Source of the DNA: Puniceicoccales bacterium
Lineage (GTDB): Bacteria > Verrucomicrobiota > Verrucomicrobiia > Opitutales > JAIRLG01
Reading direction: 5' to 3'
DNA length: 11,823 nt
NCBI GenBank assembly: GCA_031288595.1
Contig: JAITRB010000020.1
Coordinates: forward strand, 1 to 11,823
Part shown: positions 1 to 6,267 of the stretch, piece by piece
Layout of the letters: each line of letters begins with the position of its first letter
Position numbering within the stretch: the first letter of the stretch is position 1
Translations under genes and position numbers: made by a program
Notes under the pieces: model-generated
Seen by the model: only the letters and a program-made list of their open reading frames with translations
The model's database searches: none
Told to the model about the DNA's origin: nothing

Positions 1-332
1 CTCGATATTCGGGGCTCCCTTGTTAGGAAATTAGTCCTCGCCATCTGTAAACCGAGTAGGTCTCCCCAATACAAGGATATACCAGCAGCTTACCTTCCCC
101 AGTTCGAACTGATGGACTCCCGCGGTTCGACTGCTGCTCCATTCCCTTCCCCATCCCCAGTAGTCGCGGGACAAACGCAGCGCATCCTCGCATAGGCCTT
201 GCAGTCCTCAGGAGAAAGGAGCGCCTACTCCACCGGCGAAGGAGCGTCCAGCAGGCCTGAGAATCAAGGCTTCTCCAATATACACAGGGACGCTAAACGC
301 CACGCAAATGGCGGTACTCTGTCAAAAGTGAG

Positions 333-872
333 TCAATGTCCCAGGGCTATTGGGGGTATTTTCCCGCGTCGTTGGGAGAAAAAGCCGCGGAGAAGGGCAT
401 AGCAGTCTTCGGCGAGGATGCCGCAGCGGACCGAAGGGTGAGGGGGATTCGGGAGATTTCTCAGAGCTAGTCCCTGCGGGAGAGCGGCATTCGGGTCAAG
501 CGGCCGGTGCTCCGGAATACCGAAGATGATGGCATCGACCCGCGACAGGCGTGCCGCGGCGGCACACATCGGACAGGGTTCCTTGGTGCTGTAGAGCATG
601 CAGCCGTTCAGGCGCCAGCCACCCAGTGCCCGCGCGGCCTGGGACAGCACCAGCATCTCCGCGTGCGCCGTTGCCTCCTGCCTGGCCTCGATGCGGTTAT
701 GGGCGGCAGCGATGATCCGACGGTCATACACGACGACGGCCCCGACCGGTACCTCGTCCTCTTCCCAGGCGCGGATGCCTTCGTTATAGGCCATGGCCAT
801 GAAGAACGCATCGTCTTTCGGCTGCGGCGAGGGATATTTGCGGCCAAAAGGGCAGTTCAGGCGCATTCCCAT
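333..872 (-). CDS. tadA: tRNA-specific adenosine deaminase (TadA, CDA-fold zinc deaminase)
   Basis: 179-aa track ORF. It carries the deaminase zinc motifs H-A-E ('EATAHAEMLVL') and P-C-x-x-C ('KEPCPMCAAAARLS'), and its size is typical of TadA. The ATG at 872 has AAGGAG about 9 nt upstream on the minus strand (read from 873-890). An internal ATG at 800 is a possible alternative start. Confidence 0.88.
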   Translation of the reverse strand: MGMRLNCPFGRKYPSPQPKDDAFFMAMAYNEGIRAWEEDEVPVGAVVVYDRRIIAAAHNRIEARQEATAHAEMLVLSQAARALGGWRLNGCMLYSTKEPCPMCAAAARLSRVDAIIFGIPEHRPLDPNAALPQGLALRNLPNPPHPSVRCGILAEDCYALLRGFFSQRRGKIPPIALGH

Positions 873-1067
873 GAATGATGCTCCTTCCGCGAGCTCAGCG
901 CAAGGTTCTTTCCATTCAGGATGGAAAATTCCGCCGAAGCCAAGCGCGGGTCAGCGGAGTTCCAATCGTCCTCAATTTCCACTCGCCATGGGCGTACGCT
1001 GAAGGGAGCGGAGAACCGGCCCGTTTCCGGGAAATGGGTCAACCGGCATACTCTCGTCTGGGCTCGG

Positions 1068-1442
1068 CTACTGCTGGCAGCAGCGGATCCGCACGATGCG
1101 GCGGCACCCAGGCATCCGGTGCAGCTGTTCCAAGACTTCGGCCAAGCGCAGGCTCAGGGCGTGACGAGCGACGCTGTTCAGGACATCCACCAGCAGCACA
1201 TCGTCCCGAATGACCTTGCGAGGATGGCAGTACTGGGCCAGCGCGGGACCCACGATTTCCGGCCAGCGGCGCGCGATCCGCTCCTCCAGGCGCAGCAGTG
1301 CTTCTGGCAGATTTTTTTTCAGCCAGCGTTCCATGGTATCACCCATCGGCTTGGCCGCCAGATCTTTGCCCACATTGCCATTGGTCGGCAGACCGCGCAG
1401 AGCGGCGATCAGGTTCTCGACGCGGCGGGGGAAGCTCGCCAT
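1068..1442 (-). CDS. DUF721 / DciA-like protein
   Basis: 124-aa ORF. The segment 'RWPEIVGPALAQYCHPRKVIRDDVLLVDVLNSVARHALSLRLAEVLEQL' fits the DUF721 pattern as I recall it (W..IVG..A.H..P......L.V.V.....A..L). The ATG at 1440-1442 lies 3 nt after the stop (1446-1448) of the upstream gene, which suggests translational coupling. Confidence 0.65.
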   Translation of the reverse strand: MASFPRRVENLIAALRGLPTNGNVGKDLAAKPMGDTMERWLKKNLPEALLRLEERIARRWPEIVGPALAQYCHPRKVIRDDVLLVDVLNSVARHALSLRLAEVLEQLHRMPGCRRIVRIRCCQQ

Positions 1443-1445
1443 AGG

Positions 1446-4229
1446 CTAGAAATCGTAGGGGACCATTCCCTTCCGCAGGCCGGCCATCGCCGCATCCAGC
1501 GAGCCGAGGGAAATCGTTTCCTGGAAGGTATCGGCCAGAGGGGCCAGTTTCAGCCCATGTAGGGTCTTGAGACCGTATTCCCAGGCCCGCTGGTAGAGCG
1601 AGGACAATGCCGCCATATTGGGCCGGTCCAGATAGAGCTCTAGGGTCTGGGATTGGTCGATCCATCGCTGTCGCACAGCCGCTGCCTGAAGCAGGGATTC
1701 CGCATCGAGTTCGAAGGCCGTTCGGGCGACGGCCCGTACCGTTTCCGGCCAATCAGCCGAGAGCAGTGCCATGGACTGCCCACTGCAGAGCTTTTGGTAG
1801 AACTCCGCCGTCCAGACGCCCGCGCTGCGGAGATAGTGGACGAAGGCATGCTTGGGAAAGAGCTCCGGCTCTTCCCGATTTTCGGGAGAACTCGGCGGAT
1901 GCAGCTGCCACGTCGCCGGCAACATGCCGGGGGAACAGCCCATCAGTCGGGCGGCGGATTCGATCGCCGGAAGGGCCAGGAGATAGGCATGGCGCAGGCC
2001 ATAGTTCAGCAGGCGCTGACGCAGGGGCTCCCAGTCGAGCGAGGGCGTTCTCATCTCTCGATGCCTGTCCTCCTTCGCCGTTCCACCTGCCCGCAGCGTC
2101 CGGCTGTGACACTCCCAGGGAAATTTTCCCTGTGCCCAGAGCGAATGCCCAAAGCACGGGTAGCGACCCTTCTCCTGGGCCAGGTCGATGGAGACCTCAA
2201 TCACGTCGTAGGAAAAAACCTCCATGCATTCGTCCTGAAAGGCAAGAGAAGCGGGAGCGTCGAAGGCCAGTTGTTTTTGCCACAGCGCCTCCTGCAGGCC
2301 GACGAGTCCCAGGGCGATGGGCCGATAGCACAGCGTCAATGCCTCCGCGGCCGGAGAAGGATAGGGCTTGGCGTCGAGCATCGCGTCCAGCGCCCGTACA
2401 GCCAGGCGCACGCTCCGCCGCAGCTGGGCTCGATCGAGGGTGCCCTGCGCGTCCAGATGTCGCGGTAGGGAGAGAACGGCGATGGGACAGCCCAGCGAGG
2501 CCTCTGGCTCCGACCGCAGGAGCAGTTCCGAATCCACGCCGCTGCTGTGGAGCAAGCCCTCCGGCGCGAGCATGTGGTCCCCGTTACAGCGATCCTTGAA
2601 GGCGAGCCGCGGGATTCCATTTTCGTAGATACGGGCAAGGATCTTTCCCCAGAGAGCGGCTGCCGGCAGGCTTCGGCCCCAGCAGCGTCCCGCACGCGCC
2701 TCCTGCTCTTGAGCCTCGTAGGCACTTTCAAAGGCCTCGCCATACAGGGTCTGCAGCTGGCGCACCTCTTCCACACGAAACAGCATCCATTCCCCTTCGG
2801 CCTGCACCCGCTTCAGGAAGAGATCGGGAATCCAGAGCTCCGTGGCGAGGGAGGAACTCGTGGCCCGCGCCCCCGACTGCCGGAAGTCGATGAAGTCCTC
2901 GATGTCTGCATGCCACAGTTCTAGCGCAGCCTTGCCACAGAGCTTCGGGTTCTCGCCGATGGCCGGTCGGGCGAGGGCGAGCTGGTGCTGGTGCAGTTCC
3001 AGAAATGGCATCACCCCAGCACTGCGCTGCCGCGTGCCCCGAATCGGGCTGCCAGCTCCCCGCACCGATGTCCAGGAACCGCTCAGCGACGCGCCCCACT
3101 TGACCGCCAGCGCATTGTCCGCGATACCCTGGGCCATGATGCTCTCCAGGTCATCCCGCAATTGGTAGACATAGGCGGAAAGGAGATGGGCCTTCGGCGT
3201 ACCTGCGTAGCTCAGCACCGTAGGGGCGACACAGAAGCGCCGGTCTTTGAGCAACTCGTAGAGCTCGATCACCTGCTCCTCGTGAGGCGAGGAGTTCTCG
3301 TGTAAAAATATCCCCATCGCCACCCGCATCCACAGGAACTGCGGCAGTTCGTCGACCTCGCCGCTCTCCCAGTCTCTCAGGAGGAAGTTCTCCAGCAATT
3401 CCTGTGTTGCCAGGCCATCCCAGCGCTCGTCGGCCCCCACATCCAGCGCTTCGGCCAAACGTCTCAGGTCCCAATCCAGCATGCGGGAATGCAGAATGCC
3501 CCTCTCGACGGCCCGCTGGATATGGCGCGGAAATGCTTCCCGATAGGCCTGTTCCAGGAGCTCCGGAGCGGCCGGTTCCCAGGCCAGGAAGCGCGAGTAG
3601 AGGAAGCTCCAGCGGAAGCGCGCCGCGAAGAAGTCAAACTCAGGCGCGACGGCAACCAGGCCCCGTGCCCCTCGGTTCAAGTGGACTTCCAGATCCGACT
3701 GCTCGATCTCTCCCTCGAGCTGCTGGCCCAGGCGCTGGGCAATCTCCGTTGGCGAAAGGGAAAGATCGAGCCCACGGGAGGCAAAGGCGATCCGCGGCAG
3801 CAGCTCCCCGATCGTCCACAGATGACTCTGGCCATCCGATTCCTTCACCAGCAAAAAACTCTCCTGGGCCGACATTGCCGACTTTGCCTTCTGGCCGCGC
3901 AGCTGCGCGTGCTCAGAGCGGTAGAGGATATAGGCCTCGGCGACCTTAAAATGCCCGCGGCGCATCAGCTCCTCCTGGACCATGTCCTGCACGCGTTCCA
4001 GTGCGATGCTGGGAACGCCAAGGGCGATGACCCGACGGGTGACGGTCTGGGCGATCTCGCGCGCTGAGGGGAAGGATTCCTGGTGCTGGGCGGCAAAGGC
4101 CTCGCTCACGGCCTTTTCGATCCTCTTGGCATTCCAGGCGACCTCCTCACCATCGCGCCGGATGAAGCGCGGGGCCTGGGAATTTGGAGACCAATTGTGG
4201 ATATTACCGGGAATAGCAGCGTAACTCAT
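1446..4229 (-). CDS. Ribonucleotide reductase large (alpha) subunit homolog, class I-like, with an N-terminal ATP-cone; catalytic residues substituted (probably non-catalytic)
   Basis: 927-aa ORF. ATP-cone: 'RFIRRDGEEVAWNAKRIEKAV...VQDMVQEELMRRGHFKVAEAYILYRSEHAQLR'. RNR alpha signature blocks: 'APTVLSYAGT', 'ELWHADIEDFIDFRQ', 'ELWIPDLFLKRVQAEGEWMLF', 'AFKDRCNG', 'YRPIALGLVGLQEAL', 'AWEYGLKTL'. ATG at 4227-4229. See findings for the active-site substitutions. Confidence 0.9.
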   Translation of the reverse strand: MSYAAIPGNIHNWSPNSQAPRFIRRDGEEVAWNAKRIEKAVSEAFAAQHQESFPSAREIAQTVTRRVIALGVPSIALERVQDMVQEELMRRGHFKVAEAYILYRSEHAQLRGQKAKSAMSAQESFLLVKESDGQSHLWTIGELLPRIAFASRGLDLSLSPTEIAQRLGQQLEGEIEQSDLEVHLNRGARGLVAVAPEFDFFAARFRWSFLYSRFLAWEPAAPELLEQAYREAFPRHIQRAVERGILHSRMLDWDLRRLAEALDVGADERWDGLATQELLENFLLRDWESGEVDELPQFLWMRVAMGIFLHENSSPHEEQVIELYELLKDRRFCVAPTVLSYAGTPKAHLLSAYVYQLRDDLESIMAQGIADNALAVKWGASLSGSWTSVRGAGSPIRGTRQRSAGVMPFLELHQHQLALARPAIGENPKLCGKAALELWHADIEDFIDFRQSGARATSSSLATELWIPDLFLKRVQAEGEWMLFRVEEVRQLQTLYGEAFESAYEAQEQEARAGRCWGRSLPAAALWGKILARIYENGIPRLAFKDRCNGDHMLAPEGLLHSSGVDSELLLRSEPEASLGCPIAVLSLPRHLDAQGTLDRAQLRRSVRLAVRALDAMLDAKPYPSPAAEALTLCYRPIALGLVGLQEALWQKQLAFDAPASLAFQDECMEVFSYDVIEVSIDLAQEKGRYPCFGHSLWAQGKFPWECHSRTLRAGGTAKEDRHREMRTPSLDWEPLRQRLLNYGLRHAYLLALPAIESAARLMGCSPGMLPATWQLHPPSSPENREEPELFPKHAFVHYLRSAGVWTAEFYQKLCSGQSMALLSADWPETVRAVARTAFELDAESLLQAAAVRQRWIDQSQTLELYLDRPNMAALSSLYQRAWEYGLKTLHGLKLAPLADTFQETISLGSLDAAMAGLRKGMVPYDF

Positions 4230-4485
4230 GGTGACTTGCGATATCCTTCATTAAATCACAAACCCCCAGAAAATTCAAGCTAAAACCATTGTGGAAGCCG
4301 TTTGTTCGGACGGAATCCACCCATCCAACCCTGCCCGAAGTAACTCGGTTCTGAGGGATGAAACCCCTCCATCGAGCGGAATATCCGCTCATCGGATTGG
4401 CGCTTTCGATCTCATGATCCCTCCGGAAGCCCCAGAGGAAACGCGCCGATCCGAGCCTCTCCTTCCCGCGTCGGTTCATCCTTCC

Positions 4486-4590
4486 CGCGCGATGGCCAGG
4501 CACAGCCCCCTTCTGGAAGAAGGGGGCTGTGCCTTGGGCGCCGGCGCTCCGCGCCAGCGCCGACTTTGCTCTGCAAAGGGCCATCGCGCG
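4486..4590. repeat. Cloverleaf-like composite palindromic intergenic element, copy A
   Basis: A 12-bp closing stem (CGCGCGATGGCC 4486-4497 / GGCCATCGCGCG 4579-4590) encloses three hairpins. Hairpin 1 is 4498-4534 (16-bp stem). Hairpin 2 is 4537-4561 (5+5 bp, C.A mismatch, TCC loop). Hairpin 3 is 4564-4578 (CTTTGC-tct-GCAAAG). It is related to the element at 7864-7984. Confidence 0.7.
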
Positions 4591-4623
4591 CGGCTCTAGA
4601 CCTCAGAAATTCCCAGGGTCCCT

Positions 4624-5436
4624 TCAGAGCTGAGTGCCCTCAGAGCGATGTTCAAGATCCTCATTCGGCCGAGGCGGAAGGGCCTGGGTCCCCTCCGACT
4701 GATAGTAATAGCCAACACCGTGCACCGTCCGGAGCTGATCCGTGGAACAGCCCTGCTGCTGGAAGAGCCGGCGAACGTGCATGATATACTGATCGAGAGA
4801 ACGACCTCTCGGGTTCGCAAAGCGTCCCCAAACGCCGCGGATCAGCTGACTTCGGGGCAATACGACGTTGGAATTATGCGACAGATAGGCTATGAGGCCG
4901 AAGATGCGTTTCCCGACGCACATGGGACCATCTGGGAACTGAAGCTCCATCTCCCCTGGTATGACCCGCACGCTGCAAAAGAAGAATTCGTCCTCGAGAA
5001 AGGACACACCCGAAGGCGCATCTTCCGATGCGCTCGTCGTCCGCCGGAGAACAGCATTCACTCGGGACAGAAGCTCAGCCAAACTGAAGGGCTTAGTCAG
5101 ATAGTCATCGCCGCCCATATCGAGGCTCTGCACCTTCGTCCGCTCATCTGTCTCTCCGGTCACGAAAATCGTCGGGACTGCAATTCTCTGCTCCTGCAGG
5201 CGCTTGAAGAGCAGCAGGCCGTTGCTATCGGGCAGGTTCAGGTCCAGCAGGAGGAGATGCGCACCGACCTTGGGCTGTTGGAAAAATTCCACTACTCCCC
5301 CGCCTTGGGAAAAGACCACGGCGCTCATGCCGATCAGCTCCAGCTGTTGCTTCACCACCCGAGCCAAAGGCGCATCATCCTCCACAATGACGACCTTCGG
5401 CTTGGCCAACAAACCCATAGACGATGAATGAGACAA
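4624..5436 (-). CDS. OmpR/PhoB-family response regulator (REC domain plus winged-helix DNA-binding domain)
   Basis: REC hallmarks: 'VVIVEDD', acceptor Asp in 'LLLLDLNLPD', 'IFVTGE', 'YLTKPF'. The C-terminal trans_reg_C-like segment ends in 'LRTVHGVGYYY'. The track start at 5436 is TTG, with AAGGGA 6-7 nt upstream. The ATG at 5418 ('MGLLAKPKVVIVEDD') is an alternative start. Confidence 0.85.
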   Translation of the reverse strand: MSHSSSMGLLAKPKVVIVEDDAPLARVVKQQLELIGMSAVVFSQGGGVVEFFQQPKVGAHLLLLDLNLPDSNGLLLFKRLQEQRIAVPTIFVTGETDERTKVQSLDMGGDDYLTKPFSLAELLSRVNAVLRRTTSASEDAPSGVSFLEDEFFFCSVRVIPGEMELQFPDGPMCVGKRIFGLIAYLSHNSNVVLPRSQLIRGVWGRFANPRGRSLDQYIMHVRRLFQQQGCSTDQLRTVHGVGYYYQSEGTQALPPRPNEDLEHRSEGTQL

Positions 5437-5520
5437 AACTTTCCCTTCTCGGACTGAAGGGAGAACAGGAAATGGGAATATCCCTCTGCGGCCAAGCTCT
5501 ATGCGCCGCGAGGAAAATTT

Positions 5521-6162
5521 TTACAGCATTTTGACTTCCGGAGAGACACCCGAGCGGTGAATCGCCGGTACGAGCCAGGAGGCCATGCCGGCCGCACTGG
5601 CCGCCTGAATGCCGAAAGAACTGTCCTCCAGCACCAGGCAGTGCCCGGGAAAAACCCCCAGTCTTTCCGCCGCCAGCAGAAAGAGATCCGGTGCCGGCTT
5701 TGTGTGCGCCACCTCTTCGCAGGTGACGATGACCGGGAAATAAGACTTGAGTTTCGTCCCTTCCAGGGATTGGTGGACGAATTCCCGATAACCGCCGGAG
5801 GCCACCGCCAGAGGCTTAGCGATCTTCCGACACTGTTCGGCGAACTGGACGACTGGCCGTACCGCCACAACATCCCCGATGTGCGCGGAGATGAAGTCCC
5901 GCTGGTAGCGCAGCAGAGTCTCCTCGTCGATCGATTCTCCAGTGCTGGCACAAATTTCGTCCAAGGTCACTTCCGTCCGCTGCCCCCCTCGTTCGCAGAA
6001 ATAATCCCAGCGGAATTCGTACTTCGCCCCGTAGCGCTTCAGGGAATCGAGCCAGGCGTGGTAGAATAGTGGCATTGTGTCGACCAGAGTTCCGTCACAG
6101 TCGAAGATGATGGCGTCGAACCCAGAGGGATCGGGAAAGACCATCACAGGAAATTCAGACAC
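5521..6162 (-). CDS. HAD-superfamily hydrolase, subfamily IA (phosphatase / beta-phosphoglucomutase-like)
   Basis: HAD motif I 'IIFDCDGTLVDT', motif II 'AVASGG', motif III Lys in 'HTKPAPDLF', motif IV 'LVLEDSSFGIQAA'. The track start at 6162 is GTG. The ATG at 6144 is an alternative start. Confidence 0.85.
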   Translation of the reverse strand: MSEFPVMVFPDPSGFDAIIFDCDGTLVDTMPLFYHAWLDSLKRYGAKYEFRWDYFCERGGQRTEVTLDEICASTGESIDEETLLRYQRDFISAHIGDVVAVRPVVQFAEQCRKIAKPLAVASGGYREFVHQSLEGTKLKSYFPVIVTCEEVAHTKPAPDLFLLAAERLGVFPGHCLVLEDSSFGIQAASAAGMASWLVPAIHRSGVSPEVKML

Positions 6163-6200
6163 GCTGCCCTGTTCTAAGATTTTCCGCTCATACGCAATAC

Positions 6201-6231
6201 AAAACGGCCCGAATGGCTGAACTTCAGGCCG
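6201..6231 (-). terminator. Possible intrinsic terminator downstream of the translocase gene
   Basis: On the minus strand, CGGCC (6231-6227) pairs with GGCCG (6209-6205) around an inner TGA-agt-TCA hairpin. TTTTGTATT follows (plus-strand AAAA at 6201-6204). The stem is short and the loop long, so support is weak. Confidence 0.3.
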
Positions 6232-6267
6232 AATAACCCTAGGGCAGGAGAGGTGATGCGGCTATTT

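Noticed and set aside
95-135. tRNA/tmRNA-like T-loop strings ('cagTTCGAActg' at 101-112, 'gcGGTTCGACtg' at 122-133)
   Set aside because: Neither has complementary 5-bp T-stem arms or an acceptor stem on either strand. No tmRNA 5'/3' pairing or tag frame was found, and no RNase P P4 motif (GAGGAAAGTCC) was seen.
1-198. Open frame 1 on the plus strand from the window edge to the TAG at 196-198 (65 codons); possible 3' end of a gene
   Set aside because: The translation (LDIRGSLVRKLVLAICKPSRSPQYKD...) has no recognisable motif and uses several codons that are rare elsewhere in the window (AGG, TTA, ATA). A partial gene cannot be excluded without upstream sequence, so it is not called.
857-1042. 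61-aa minus-strand ORF filling the DUF721-tadA gap
   Set aside because: It overlaps the tadA start and its SD, has no SD of its own, and matches no recognisable family.
921-4067. Several long ORFs overlapping the RNR-like and DUF721 genes on both strands: plus-strand 921-1562, 1607-2599, 1653-2468, 3404-3949 and 3489-4067, and out-of-frame minus-strand ORFs such as 1753-2157 and 2336-2776
   Set aside because: All overlap CDSs that carry clear conserved motifs. Their translations are Arg/Pro/Ala/Gly-rich with no recognisable domains. They are shadow-frame artefacts.
4204-4599. ORFs 4204-4584 (-) and 4291-4599 (+) in the RNR-like leader
   Set aside because: Both run through the repeat element, and one overlaps the RNR-like start. 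They show no motif or SD support and are more plausibly non-coding leader or repeat sequence.
4624-5436. Whether the response regulator is an atypical phosphorylation-independent (ChxR-like) regulator
   Set aside because: The acidic pair (EDD), the acceptor Asp (LLLLDLNLPD), the Thr (VTGE) and the Lys (TKPF) are all present, so it looks like a canonical phospho-accepting regulator. Only the absence of a nearby kinase is unusual.
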